Made by a program: the position numbers and the translations under genes
Virus record (IMG/VR): IMGVR_UViG_3300021958_000026
DNA from: an uncultured virus (IMG/VR IMGVR_UViG_3300021958_000026)
Taxonomy: Duplodnaviria > Heunggongvirae > Uroviricota > Caudoviricetes
Direction: 5' to 3' (one strand)
DNA: 64,000 nucleotides
Part shown: positions 1 through 8,953 of the stretch, piece after piece
Numbering within the stretch: position 1 is the stretch's first letter
Layout: every line of letters begins with the position of its first letter
The notes under the pieces: generated by a model
Told to the model about the DNA's origin: nothing
The model's database searches: none
Seen by the model: the letters and a program-made list of their open reading frames with translations, nothing else

Positions 1-200
1 TAAGTCTTAAACTTCACGTCTACTATCATTTCGTTCTCGTCAAGTTTAAGTTGCAGTTTCATTACATCACCACAAGCAGGTGCTCCTGTCATTCCTGTTG
101 CAACGTTTGGGTCGTTGGGGTCGAATCTACCAACTGAGAATTGTTCAGGTGCATTGAGAACACCTTCGAATCTATCGATTACTTTTTGTGAATATGGCAT
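1..200 (-). CDS. iscU: Fe-S cluster scaffold IscU/NifU-like protein, truncated by window edge
   Basis: Manual translation from ATG at 200: MPYSQKVIDRFEGVLNAPEQFSVGRFDPNDPNVATGMTGAPACGDVMKLQLKLDENEMIVDVKFKT. GAPACGDVM and DVKFKT are IscU hallmarks. TAATG overlap with the upstream gene. Confidence 0.92.
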   Translation of the reverse strand, partial: MPYSQKVIDRFEGVLNAPEQFSVGRFDPNDPNVATGMTGAPACGDVMKLQLKLDENEMIVDVKFKT

Positions 201-937
201 TAGTTACCTTGTGTTACTGTGACTGAACAACCACCAACTGTAACACAGTTTTGTGAAAGTGAATATGATTGTGTAGTTGTACCTTGTTGTAAAAGATTTA
301 ATGTGGTTGGGTCTGAACCTGATAATGAGATGTATGCAGTATGGTTAGCGCCACTACCTTTTTGTCTGAGTGTGATGTCATTACCATCTACCCATGTTGT
401 TAGATTGATTGTCTTTGCACCGTCATGTTGTTGTCTCACCCAAATATCATTATAATCACTATAGATAATACTTGTGAATGTATGACCACTAGTGCTTCCT
501 TGATTTGTTTGATGACCTTGCATATGATTATTGTCACCATGTATATCTAATCTTGCATAATGACCACCACCTTCGTCACCATCATATGAGTATGTAGTAG
601 ATGTTGCACCATCCCATGCAACACCTTGACCCCAACGGACAATGTTGTCTTGTCCATCAAGATGCCATAGTTCTATAACATTATTTGTAGTTGTATCATT
701 TTGCTGAATGAGTGTAAGAGTCATATCTGCACCATTGACATAAGAATATGCATCATACATCTTGATAACATTGTTTGCACCAAATTGATTGATTGTGAGA
801 TTGAAGTTATCCCCACCAGTTTGGTCAATGGTAATTTCATTGTCTGCGAATGCAACTGAACAATATGAAAGTAGGATTAACCACCCTATGATTAAGAGTG
901 GTTTATCCTTAGTTTTTTTATTATTTAAAATATCCAT
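200..937 (-). CDS. Secreted curlin-repeat (CsgA/CsgB-like) protein
   Basis: Signal peptide ending AFA-D, then repeated I-x-Q-x-G-x-x-N motifs (ITIDQTGGDN, LTINQFGANN, ITLRQKGSGAN). Lies in the csgF/csgG cluster. Start reassigned to ATG 937. Confidence 0.7.
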   Translation of the reverse strand: MDILNNKKTKDKPLLIIGWLILLSYCSVAFADNEITIDQTGGDNFNLTINQFGANNVIKMYDAYSYVNGADMTLTLIQQNDTTTNNVIELWHLDGQDNIVRWGQGVAWDGATSTTYSYDGDEGGGHYARLDIHGDNNHMQGHQTNQGSTSGHTFTSIIYSDYNDIWVRQQHDGAKTINLTTWVDGNDITLRQKGSGANHTAYISLSGSDPTTLNLLQQGTTTQSYSLSQNCVTVGGCSVTVTQGN

Positions 938-1074
938 AGCAAAAACATACCGACTAGAACTCCTTCTCCGAATGAAATCCACAACATGTGGTAGTCATCC
1001 AGTCTTAGTGACTTCTGCAGTGAGAACAATCTGTCCTCATGCCAGTCACGGAGTTTTTCTAGGTGTTTTAACAT
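925..1074 (-). CDS. Small membrane protein, 49 aa (not in ORF track)
   Basis: MLKHLEKLRDWHEDRLFSLQKSLRLDDYHMLWISFGEGVLVGMFLLWIF. Preceded by a GGAGG RBS; C-terminal hydrophobic helix. Confidence 0.7.
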   Translation of the reverse strand: MLKHLEKLRDWHEDRLFSLQKSLRLDDYHMLWISFGEGVLVGMFLLWIF

Positions 1075-1106
1075 ACCTTTTCCTCCATATTGGTTAGGTA
1101 TTATAT

Positions 1107-2252
1107 TTAGTTAACTTGACGTATCCGAACATCTATACTATCTCCACTATTTGTGGTGATGATACCTTCATATCCATCAACTATTGTATCTAGTGTTATA
1201 TTGGCACCAGCTGCAAATTTTAACGATATCACACCGTTAACATCACGATAAAAGACAATACCACCATCTTCGATGAAGATGTTATACTGTGAATTATCGT
1301 TCTTACCAAAGTTTGCACCTTTGATAACAAACTCACCTGAACCACCTGAAGTTTCTTGTTGGTCAGCAAGTTGTTTTGTGGTTTTTATAAGTTCTTCCAC
1401 TACATCTAGTAAGTCAACAAGGAAGTCTACATCTAAGAAATCTACATCTAATGCAGAGTATTCTAAGTCTCTTCCAGTATCTTCTAATGCATCTTGTTCT
1501 AAATCATTAAATTCTAAAAAATCTACATCCAATAACCCTTGGTCTTGGTCTAAGTCATCCTGTGCCTGTTCTTGTATCGCATCTGAGACCTCCTTAGGGG
1601 GATTTACAATGAACATGTTATCAATCATTGAGGGGGTTACATTTTGTATTGTGACTGTTGGTGTAGGTGGTGTTGCTAATGACGATACCATTGTTGCAGA
1701 ATATGCTTCTGTAAGTGTCACTTGACCACCTTCATTTGACACTACTATTTCACCTGATGCATCACCAAATGCATCTGGCAAAAGTACCACAAGTGAACGT
1801 CCAAGTTCATCTATGGTTGTTGTAAAATCTGTTCCGTTGATTGCAATTTGTGCCGTAGGTGTTGTGACACTTATGTTTCTTTTTTTGATTTTGTTTCCTG
1901 CACCTGAAGCGAATCGTGCAGTTCCCCTTGCCATTCGAATTGCCATTTTGGATTTCGATGGGTCAGGGTCGTAGTATGCCTCATCGATGTACACTATAGT
2001 GTGTTCAGTTAATGCAAGTTCCTCTTCATCGAGAAACTCAATGAGCATTCTACCGTTTTGTGTTTTTGCCTCATCGTATAGGTTGATTCCTAAATTGGTG
2101 GATGAGGGTATCTCTTCGTTTGAACGAAAGATTGCACCGACTCCAGTGGACTCTACTATGTCTCCTATGGTGTCTGCATGAACAGACACCGATAGAAGTA
2201 CAATACTAAGAATCGTTATTTGAGTCTTTCTGATTGATTTGAATAGTTGCAT
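1107..2252 (-). CDS. Secreted FecR-domain protein
   Basis: Signal peptide (VHA-D). FecR-like motifs (T-x-NGRMLIEFLD, TPTAQIAINGTDF) and an acidic D/L-rich C-terminal region. Located in the curli cluster. Confidence 0.75.
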   Translation of the reverse strand: MQLFKSIRKTQITILSIVLLSVSVHADTIGDIVESTGVGAIFRSNEEIPSSTNLGINLYDEAKTQNGRMLIEFLDEEELALTEHTIVYIDEAYYDPDPSKSKMAIRMARGTARFASGAGNKIKKRNISVTTPTAQIAINGTDFTTTIDELGRSLVVLLPDAFGDASGEIVVSNEGGQVTLTEAYSATMVSSLATPPTPTVTIQNVTPSMIDNMFIVNPPKEVSDAIQEQAQDDLDQDQGLLDVDFLEFNDLEQDALEDTGRDLEYSALDVDFLDVDFLVDLLDVVEELIKTTKQLADQQETSGGSGEFVIKGANFGKNDNSQYNIFIEDGGIVFYRDVNGVISLKFAAGANITLDTIVDGYEGIITTNSGDSIDVRIRQVN

Positions 2253-2931
2253 TGTCACTTGTTACATCCAAAGTGATTATACCTTTACATGAAGACACGT
2301 TTGTAGGACATGTACCACTTAATTGGTTTATGTCTACGTCTGCACTATCACCACTCAATGTGAAATTGATTTCTTGATATGCACCATCTTTTTGTAAAGT
2401 GTTAATGTTATTTGAACCACCTGTAATATCAAAGTTCCAAATAACATCGTCTGCTTCTACGTCAACATCAAATACGTTTGAATCACCTATAACTGTTAAA
2501 TCAAAATCCAGTCTTTCTGCTTGGAACAAACTTCCTTGATCTAAATCCATTGTGTTAGAACTACCTGTGATGTCAACATCAAATGCAGAACTGTCAGAAC
2601 TTCCTGTGTCCCCTATCAACCAATCCCATACGTTTGAATCTCCAGTAAACAACATGTTATATGTTGAGGAGTTTGCAGTAAGGGTACCATATAGTAAATT
2701 ACTATTACCAATCTGATCGATATCAAAAGTTAAACTAGTACCAGTGATAGGCATTGCCGATGAACTTGATGAAAAGTCATTCAACCCTATTTTGTTACCA
2801 TAACCGACTTGGTCGATGTATAGTGTCAAAGTGTCACCAGTTTGACTAATATTAATTTCATTATCGTCAGACGCTTGTGCGAACATGAAAGACGAAAATA
2901 ACATGCTTAGGCCTAATAAATATTTTAACAT
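2206..2931 (-). CDS. Secreted curlin-repeat (CsgA/CsgB-like) protein
   Basis: Signal peptide MLKYLLGLSMLFSSFMFA, then INISQTGD, IDQVGYGN, IDQIGNSN and TGDSN/GSSN repeats. Immediately downstream of csgG (TAATG coupling). Confidence 0.72.
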   Translation of the reverse strand: MLKYLLGLSMLFSSFMFAQASDDNEINISQTGDTLTLYIDQVGYGNKIGLNDFSSSSSAMPITGTSLTFDIDQIGNSNLLYGTLTANSSTYNMLFTGDSNVWDWLIGDTGSSDSSAFDVDITGSSNTMDLDQGSLFQAERLDFDLTVIGDSNVFDVDVEADDVIWNFDITGGSNNINTLQKDGAYQEINFTLSGDSADVDINQLSGTCPTNVSSCKGIITLDVTSDNATIQINQKDSNNDS

Positions 2932-3824
2932 TATTCTCTTCCCTCTATTTTCCAATAACCACGTGAGTGGCCTTGATTAATTATTTCTAATACTCCTGCC
3001 TCTATTGCAGTTCTCACTGCATAAGTGACAGACTCGTTTTTTCCCACACCGTCTTCATATTCAACCAATTGTGTTCCCTGTTCAATGAACCTGAACACAT
3101 CACCCCCACTACCATATGACAAAATTGTTTTAGTAGTTTGGACGTTTAATAATATCTCCCCAGTCAAAACAGAAACTGCTCTGATTGAGACTGTAACAAT
3201 ATCTTGTCGATACTGTTTACTAAATCCGATTCCAAGTGTCCGTGCGCCTCGTCCACCTGATTCAATGTTAGTATCATAACCAATTATTCCACCCTCAATA
3301 ATCATTCCTGCGAATAACATGGGTGCAATTCCTTGTGACTCTTCGTCTGCATATTCTTGTCTTGCAGAACGAATAATCTGTCTTTCTCTTACTAGGTTAT
3401 CAAGTCCTTGTCTTTCTACGACTCTAAACCAAGTTCCACCTCCTGCAGTTTTCAATGCATCGATTAACATTGCAGTACTACCTTGTGTAACTGCAGTTGA
3501 GAAATCTGCAAGATTCTCTCTGTACTTTCTTTGTCCTGTTAAGTCTGCAAAGTTGTACACTGCAACTACAGGTTTTGTTTCTGCAGGCGGTAAATCTAAT
3601 AATTGTAAATAAGATGGTAGGTCTACTACGTGTGGACTCTCAACACAAATATAATTTCGTGTAACTTGTTTTGCAACACCTGTAACTACATCTCTACCGA
3701 AACCCTCATCAAACCTTCCAGTTTCATAAGCGCAATCAGCAGGATCATCAGACCACTGTGGGACTGATGCACATGATGTTAATAACAATCCAAATATTAG
3801 ACTAACCGTCAGGGTTCGTGCCAT
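2931..3824 (-). CDS. csgG: Curli secretion pore lipoprotein CsgG
   Basis: Lipobox LLTSC; VAVYNFADLTGQRK, FSTAVTQG, WFRVVERQGLDNLVRERQIIRS and IIEGGIIGYDTN are CsgG motifs. Confidence 0.93.
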   Translation of the reverse strand: MARTLTVSLIFGLLLTSCASVPQWSDDPADCAYETGRFDEGFGRDVVTGVAKQVTRNYICVESPHVVDLPSYLQLLDLPPAETKPVVAVYNFADLTGQRKYRENLADFSTAVTQGSTAMLIDALKTAGGGTWFRVVERQGLDNLVRERQIIRSARQEYADEESQGIAPMLFAGMIIEGGIIGYDTNIESGGRGARTLGIGFSKQYRQDIVTVSIRAVSVLTGEILLNVQTTKTILSYGSGGDVFRFIEQGTQLVEYEDGVGKNESVTYAVRTAIEAGVLEIINQGHSRGYWKIEGRE

Positions 3825-4299
3825 AGTCACTACCAAAGTATCCTGTTCCAATTGGAATCTGTATTTCTGTTGTTGAACCATCTTCTGCAACAATCGTCAT
3901 CTTAATATACTCTGTACCGTCTTCGTTGGTAATCACTTCATACGTTATCGTTGAACCTTCTAACACAAATGAACCAAACCTTACTGGATTGTCATTTTGA
4001 AACATTGACTCTACCAGTTGTTTTGCCATCTGTGCATAAATTCTACTCTCCAAGTTTCTAATAAACTTTGCAAGTGTAGTGTTATCTGCCTCACGTTCTG
4101 CAGCTTTACGTGCTGCCTCCAAAGCATCCTCTATCGCTTTCTTACGAGAATGTTCTTGGTTCTCAATCGTGAGATAATGAGAACCAGTACCTATCCCACT
4201 AAAGGATGGGTTTTTAAACTTATGTACTATCTCAGTTGCATTTGCATTCATTGACAAAAGAAGTGTAAATAACACTACTTTCCAATCTCTGTCATTCAT
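3802..4299 (-). CDS. csgF: Curli assembly protein CsgF
   Basis: Signal peptide then EIVHKFKNPSFSG...LTIENQ (CsgF N-terminal F-x-NP-x-F-x-G motif) and C-terminal TTEIQIP. Directly upstream of csgG. Confidence 0.85.
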   Translation of the reverse strand: MNDRDWKVVLFTLLLSMNANATEIVHKFKNPSFSGIGTGSHYLTIENQEHSRKKAIEDALEAARKAAEREADNTTLAKFIRNLESRIYAQMAKQLVESMFQNDNPVRFGSFVLEGSTITYEVITNEDGTEYIKMTIVAEDGSTTEIQIPIGTGYFGSDYGTNPDG

Positions 4300-4603
4300 G
4301 TGTATGTTCCCTTTGTTTATATTCCTTGAGTAATTCGTCTTCTTTTGCCTCTTCAATCAATTCATCACGTTTTCTGTACTCAAGAACCACGTTCACTTTT
4401 TGTTGTAATCTAATCATGTCCTGATCTAACATACGAGTTTGGTCAATAACACGTATCAACGCCATATGCATTTTCTCAATTTCAGGTTCTATTTGATTAG
4501 AAATAAAACTCCATATAAAGTATATGAAGTATCCCATACCGACACTCATAACAACTGGAAATCCATAGTCCTTGACTACTTGTGCGATTTCAGTAAAATC
4601 CAT
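4292..4603 (-). CDS. Small membrane protein (N-terminal TM helix plus coiled coil)
   Basis: DYGFPVVMSVGMGYFIYFIW TM segment. Similar architecture to 4624-4917. Confidence 0.7.
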   Translation of the reverse strand: MDFTEIAQVVKDYGFPVVMSVGMGYFIYFIWSFISNQIEPEIEKMHMALIRVIDQTRMLDQDMIRLQQKVNVVLEYRKRDELIEEAKEDELLKEYKQREHTHE

Positions 4604-4623
4604 TGTCTTTTGTGTCCTCTCCG

Positions 4624-4917
4624 CTAGTCTCTCCTCACATCCAGTTTACCGTCTTCGATAAAGTTTTCTGCACGAGAGATTCTTTCGATGTCAGGTCTCA
4701 AGTCTAGTGCGCTTGATACTAACAAATCAATTTTTATCATTTCATTTGACATAGTTCTTGCTCTGTTCTCTAATGAGGAACAGAATGTTGTCAGGGTTTT
4801 AATGTTATCCACTATACCCTCAAGAATCTGTTTTAGAACGATGAAGATAAAAATACCCATCACTATCGCACCTGCGATTGGTGTTCCGACATCGCCTATA
4901 AATTCAAAGAAATCCAT
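4624..4917 (-). CDS. Small membrane protein (N-terminal TM helix plus coiled coil)
   Basis: DVGTPIAGAIVMGIFIFIVL TM segment. First gene of the curli operon, after a late-promoter motif at 4923-4930. Confidence 0.7.
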   Translation of the reverse strand: MDFFEFIGDVGTPIAGAIVMGIFIFIVLKQILEGIVDNIKTLTTFCSSLENRARTMSNEMIKIDLLVSSALDLRPDIERISRAENFIEDGKLDVRRD

Positions 4918-4922
4918 ACACT

Positions 4923-4956
4923 TATTTATGGAAATGGACTGGTTGTAACCTAAATA
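4923..4956. promoter_or_regulatory. Divergent T4-type late promoter motifs
   Basis: CATAAATA on minus (4923-4930) just upstream of the curli operon; CTAAATA on plus (4950-4956) just upstream of the riboswitch. Confidence 0.55.
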
Positions 4957-4962
4957 ATTGTA

Positions 4963-5021
4963 CGTTCATTTATACTTTATCTGAAGTATAGACGGAAGTA
5001 GTCAATTGTGACGAAGGAACG
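4963..5021 (+). ncRNA. Glutamine riboswitch (glnA RNA motif), aptamer 1
   Basis: CGTTC...GAACG P1; TATACTT/AAGTATA P2; GACGGAAGTA junction; GTCA/TGAC P3; GAAG. Matches the glnA motif three-way junction as I recall it. Confidence 0.85.
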
Positions 5022-5029
5022 CATTGTTA

Positions 5030-5076
5030 CGTTCATCTAGTAATAGACGGAAGTAGGCAATGGTGCTGAAGGAACG
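5030..5076 (+). ncRNA. Glutamine riboswitch (glnA RNA motif), aptamer 2
   Basis: CGTTCATCTA-GTAA-TAGACGGAAGTA-GGCA-ATGG-TGCT-GAAGGAACG. Same conserved core as aptamer 1 with different, covarying stems. Confidence 0.85.
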
Positions 5077-5096
5077 CAATCTTTTCGGAGATTGAC

Positions 5097-5246
5097 ATGA
5101 CTAAATATCAAACTTTGCTCTTTATAAGAGCAGTCAAAAAATCTCTTAGGGAAAAACACCTTACATCTAGTGTCAAGAACACTGTAAGGGAAAATAAGAA
5201 AATAGAATTACCTCATTATATCAGAGAGAATCCTTTCTATCCTTAA
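5097..5246 (+). CDS. Small basic protein, 49 aa, downstream of the glutamine riboswitch (not in ORF track)
   Basis: MTKYQTLLFIRAVKKSLREKHLTSSVKNTVRENKKIELPHYIRENPFYP. GGAG RBS at 5087-5090; followed by a hairpin. Confidence 0.7.
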   Translation: MTKYQTLLFIRAVKKSLREKHLTSSVKNTVRENKKIELPHYIRENPFYP

Positions 5247-5249
5247 GAT

Positions 5250-5277
5250 AAAAAAAAAGGGGTCGTAAGACCCCTTC
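5250..5277 (-). terminator. Intrinsic terminator (possibly bidirectional)
   Basis: AAGGGGTC-GTAA-GACCCCTT hairpin with a long T-run on the minus strand, between convergent genes. Confidence 0.8.
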
Positions 5278-5302
5278 TAACAATTGTTATTATTGTTTGT
5301 AC

Positions 5303-5578
5303 TTATTTTAACTGTGTGTGGATTTCGTTAATCACTGCAGCCTTAGTACCTGACTTCTTCACTTTAAGATTTCTCTTTTCAGCAAATTCAATCAGTTGGT
5401 TTTTGGTTAACTTCTTAAGCTCTGCTTTAGAAGTGACACCATTACCATTTGCATCTGCTACTGGAGCAGGTGCTGGTGCAGGACTGGAAGTTGAAGAAGA
5501 AGTGTTACCACCTTTTCTCTTTTCCAAAACGAAAAATGCGACACCTAATACAACTAGTGCTATCACAAAAATTTCCAT
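5303..5578 (-). CDS. Membrane-anchored protein with C-terminal Rho-N/SAP-like helix-extension-helix domain
   Basis: N-terminal TM helix, S/PA linker, then LKKLTKNQLIEFAEKRNLKVKKSGTKAAVINEI. Confidence 0.6.
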   Translation of the reverse strand: MEIFVIALVVLGVAFFVLEKRKGGNTSSSTSSPAPAPAPVADANGNGVTSKAELKKLTKNQLIEFAEKRNLKVKKSGTKAAVINEIHTQLK

Positions 5579-5602
5579 AATTTACTCCTACTAATATATT
5601 AG

Positions 5603-5809
5603 TTATTTATCCAATAATGGATTTTTGTCCTTTGCCTTACCAATTGCAAGAGCAAGAACCTCCAAGTATTTATACACTTTTGCCCACAACTTATCGTCAG
5701 CAGGTGTTGGTGTAAGTGCTACTACAACACTACAAATTGAGATTATCACAGGGACAATCATCAATAGGTTCCAAATTCCCATAACAAAGTCTATAATTCC
5801 TGAGAACAT
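5603..5809 (-). CDS. Small membrane protein (holin-like size)
   Basis: Hydrophobic helix, ALTPTPADD motif, GGAGG RBS. Confidence 0.6.
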   Translation of the reverse strand: MFSGIIDFVMGIWNLLMIVPVIISICSVVVALTPTPADDKLWAKVYKYLEVLALAIGKAKDKNPLLDK

Positions 5810-5843
5810 AGCTTTCCTCCGTTAGTTTATTTAACGATAGTAT

Positions 5844-6254
5844 TTAGGTATTTGAACTACCAATTGAGTATTTAGTTGTCAATTTCCACTCCGATTTTTC
5901 CTTAAAAGGAATCACCTTAATTTGAGATAGAGGAGCCTTAGGTTCCTCAATTTTGGAAGTGTCAACAACACTCAATAAGTTCCATTGTTTTAATAAATCA
6001 ATAATGGTGTTACGTCTTGCAACATCCGATTCATCAAAGTTAGTTGGTTTCCCATCTAACCGAAACAATTCTTTAAAATGTACGATATAGTATTTACCTC
6101 TTTTATGAAGTATATGACATGACTGGAATAATTCTTGTTCTTTTCGTGAAGCAACACCAATACGTGAAAGTGTTTCACGTATCTTTAAGAAATCGTCTTT
6201 TTGAGGGAATGTGACCTCTACTAGGTCTTTTGTTATATGTTCTAATTCATCCAT
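5844..6254 (-). CDS. regA: Translational repressor RegA
   Basis: DDFLKIRETLSRIGVASRK...LFQSCHILHKRGKYYIVHFKELF. Follows gp62. Confidence 0.95.
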   Translation of the reverse strand: MDELEHITKDLVEVTFPQKDDFLKIRETLSRIGVASRKEQELFQSCHILHKRGKYYIVHFKELFRLDGKPTNFDESDVARRNTIIDLLKQWNLLSVVDTSKIEEPKAPLSQIKVIPFKEKSEWKLTTKYSIGSSNT

Positions 6255-6636
6255 TTGTACCACCAATGTTCATTCTGTTTTTCAACTCACGTAGTTGTTT
6301 ATCAGATAGAAGTTTGACATATTCCTGTGCTTCTTTAGTTGATATCTGATAATACTCTTTTACGACATCGAGTTTTTTACTAATGTTGGGTTTCTCCCAT
6401 TTAGAAAACCGTTGTCTTTTCCTAAGAGTATTTAGGAAAAAAAGGTACTGAAGACGGTTGTCGAGACCGTGCTTAAGGTTCATTTCATTAGTAAGCAGAA
6501 TCGCATCTTGGTGGTAAGATAGTGATTTGTTTGCAAGATATGGTTGGTATGACTTCTCATCAATCTCATCCACCATGATATCTTTTTTGGTAGACGAGAC
6601 TGATTTAACAAAATCAAATGGATTGGTTTTAGTCAT
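6247..6636 (-). CDS. gp62: Clamp loader small subunit gp62
   Basis: YQPYLANKSLS, NEMN, LQYLFFLNTLRKRQRFSKW; T4 synteny. Confidence 0.9.
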   Translation of the reverse strand: MTKTNPFDFVKSVSSTKKDIMVDEIDEKSYQPYLANKSLSYHQDAILLTNEMNLKHGLDNRLQYLFFLNTLRKRQRFSKWEKPNISKKLDVVKEYYQISTKEAQEYVKLLSDKQLRELKNRMNIGGTNG

Positions 6637-6935
6637 TAACTAAGAATGGATTGTGTAACAGAGGGTGAAACTTTTCTAACATAGTCATCTATAAGAGCAT
6701 CACCTGTAAGTTGTTCACCAAAGTATCTGAGAACTTTACCATCCTGTTCTCTTTTGATAAGACCATTGTTGTATGTAGTGTCAGTTACGTTTTTGTTGTT
6801 TGTAGTGTCTTCAGGTTTATCATCATACCACATACTGCTCATTGAATGTATGTGGATATCTTTAATACCCTCTGCCCATTTCTCTGCTTCCAACAAAAGT
6901 CTTTGTCTCTCTACTTTATCTTTATATTGTCCCAT
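6636..6935 (-). CDS. Hypothetical protein
   Basis: Translationally coupled ORF in operon. Confidence 0.6.
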   Translation of the reverse strand: MGQYKDKVERQRLLLEAEKWAEGIKDIHIHSMSSMWYDDKPEDTTNNKNVTDTTYNNGLIKREQDGKVLRYFGEQLTGDALIDDYVRKVSPSVTQSILS

Positions 6936-7813
6936 TATGATAAAAAATCCTCCAAAGTTATAGTATCCATTATATCATAGGATACAGGGTTTAGTACACC
7001 CTCTTTTTTAAATACAAGTATGAATTCATGTATCTTACTTGTATAACGATTGGCTGCAACCTTTCCTAGTTGAAGGGATGCAAAGGGTGACTGGTTCTCC
7101 ATAATTATAGTGTCATGATGTTTTAGTTTTTTATTTTGCATGATAGTAATAAGGTCAGAGTGGAAAGACCTGTAAATACCTTTCTCTCTCCAATCACCTA
7201 CAACCCATACACAAAATGCACCTTCTTTCATCACTCTGTGACAGTTTTCTGCACATAACTCTATCTCAGTTAGAAAATCATCATAACTTCCTATGTCTGA
7301 TAATTGGGAATCGACAGATTCATATTTTTCTAATTGATGATAAGGTGGGCAAGTGAACACTAAGTCTGCAGTTTCTGATTCAGTCTTTTCCATGACACAT
7401 CCATTTCCAACATGGATGATTCCATTTAAGTTGTCTTCAGTTAAAACTTTATTAGATTCATCTACGGTTCTTTGAACGACATCGTACCCTTCATAAGTTC
7501 TACCGAGACTTGAAGTTACATATGCACGTGTTAGTCTTCCTGCAAATGGGTCGACAACTTTTGCACCTTTCATTGACCAATAGTGAATAATGTTTTCTGC
7601 CATACCAGCATGAAATTCACTAAACTTTAATCCTGCAAGATACTCAATGTCTTCCCCTCTTCTATATTCGACATTGTCTAGATAGGCACGACTCCACATC
7701 TTTTTAGATGACTTAGTTGGTTTTATAACTGATACAGGGTTCCAACCAAATTGGTCTAATACCTTTTTATTTGGGTCAAAAGGAAGCAATTGATTGTACT
7801 CCTTTTCTCTCAA
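6935..7813 (-). CDS. DNA amino-methyltransferase (N4-C/N6-A type)
   Basis: SAM-binding VVDPFAG and catalytic-like FTCPPY motifs; HEFILVFKK. Confidence 0.8.
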   Translation of the reverse strand: MREKEYNQLLPFDPNKKVLDQFGWNPVSVIKPTKSSKKMWSRAYLDNVEYRRGEDIEYLAGLKFSEFHAGMAENIIHYWSMKGAKVVDPFAGRLTRAYVTSSLGRTYEGYDVVQRTVDESNKVLTEDNLNGIIHVGNGCVMEKTESETADLVFTCPPYHQLEKYESVDSQLSDIGSYDDFLTEIELCAENCHRVMKEGAFCVWVVGDWREKGIYRSFHSDLITIMQNKKLKHHDTIIMENQSPFASLQLGKVAANRYTSKIHEFILVFKKEGVLNPVSYDIMDTITLEDFLS

Positions 7814-7935
7814 GTATTATCTCCGTCTGTAGTTTTGGCTTGATGTTTCATGAACAGTTTGTCTGCTTGTCTTTGTAGACTTCTCTCTAAATGGTAATCA
7901 AACCATCTTGCTATCCATTGTCTAATCTTACCCAT
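7810..7935 (-). CDS. Small hypothetical protein, 41 aa (not in ORF track)
   Basis: MGKIRQWIARWFDYHLERSLQRQADKLFMKHQAKTTDGDNT. Its stop overlaps the next start. Confidence 0.5.
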   Translation of the reverse strand: MGKIRQWIARWFDYHLERSLQRQADKLFMKHQAKTTDGDNT

Positions 7936-8011
7936 TATAATGTTGCACCAACCCAAAATCCAATGACGAACCAACAAAACATCATGGTTAAAACTCTTAG
8001 TCTATTAATTT

Positions 8012-8953
8012 TCATTTGAATTTACACTCCGACATTATTTCAGTGAGACATGCAACAAAGTTAATCTCACTATCCATTGCAAATGCAGACTTGTATTGAT
8101 AGTCTGCGATTAACAAGACTGCAGCAGGAATCGAAGTTGGTTCTAACCTCACCTCAAGTGTATTGAATAGTTTTCTATACAGAGTGTTGAAGTCGTTGTC
8201 AGAGTTCTGACCAACCCACTTTCTCATTCCACCCCAGTTCTTGTCTTGTAGCATATCAATCAATGGTGTGAGTTTCTCTTCATTAAGTGTAGAGAGAAGA
8301 CCACTATCGATTTCACCACCGACACCATATCGTTGTACTTCGTTCAGACAACGTCTGAAGTCAGGGAAGAACTTAACAATAAGTTCAACCAACACTTTAG
8401 TGTCGTACTTGATGTTCTCTGCATCACAGATATCACATAGTCTCTTATGAAAGATACCAGCAAGTTTCTGCTTGTCAGTTGGTGTTAGTGAAAAATCTAT
8501 AACAGTTGTTCTTGAATGTAGTGGTGGAATAATCCTGTTCTTATAGTTACAGGTGAAAATGAATCTACAGTTAGAAGAGAACTCTTCGATGAAGTTTCTC
8601 AATGCAGGTTGAACTGACTCTGCAGAAATGTAATCTGCCTCATCAAGTATAACAACCTTTGCACCACCACTAAGTGACACTGTAGATGCAAAGTTTTTGA
8701 TTTTGGTTCTGAGTGTATCAATTAATCTTCCTTCATCCGAACCATTGATGACAATGAAGTCTGCACCCATTTCATTACAGAGTGCTTTTGCAACTGTGGT
8801 CTTACCGATACCTGCAGAACCACATAACATGAGATTTGGAATCTCACCGTTTTTTACAAATTCTTGGAAAGTTTTTTTAAGTCTTGCAGGAAGTATCGTA
8901 TCCTCAATGGTTTGAGGACGATACTTTTCTACATAAAGAAATTCTTCTTTCAT
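8012..8953 (-). CDS. gp44: Clamp loader large subunit gp44
   Basis: VEKYRP, GSAGIGKTT Walker A, ILDEAD Walker B, LHSR. Confidence 0.96.
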   Translation of the reverse strand: MKEEFLYVEKYRPQTIEDTILPARLKKTFQEFVKNGEIPNLMLCGSAGIGKTTVAKALCNEMGADFIVINGSDEGRLIDTLRTKIKNFASTVSLSGGAKVVILDEADYISAESVQPALRNFIEEFSSNCRFIFTCNYKNRIIPPLHSRTTVIDFSLTPTDKQKLAGIFHKRLCDICDAENIKYDTKVLVELIVKFFPDFRRCLNEVQRYGVGGEIDSGLLSTLNEEKLTPLIDMLQDKNWGGMRKWVGQNSDNDFNTLYRKLFNTLEVRLEPTSIPAAVLLIADYQYKSAFAMDSEINFVACLTEIMSECKFK

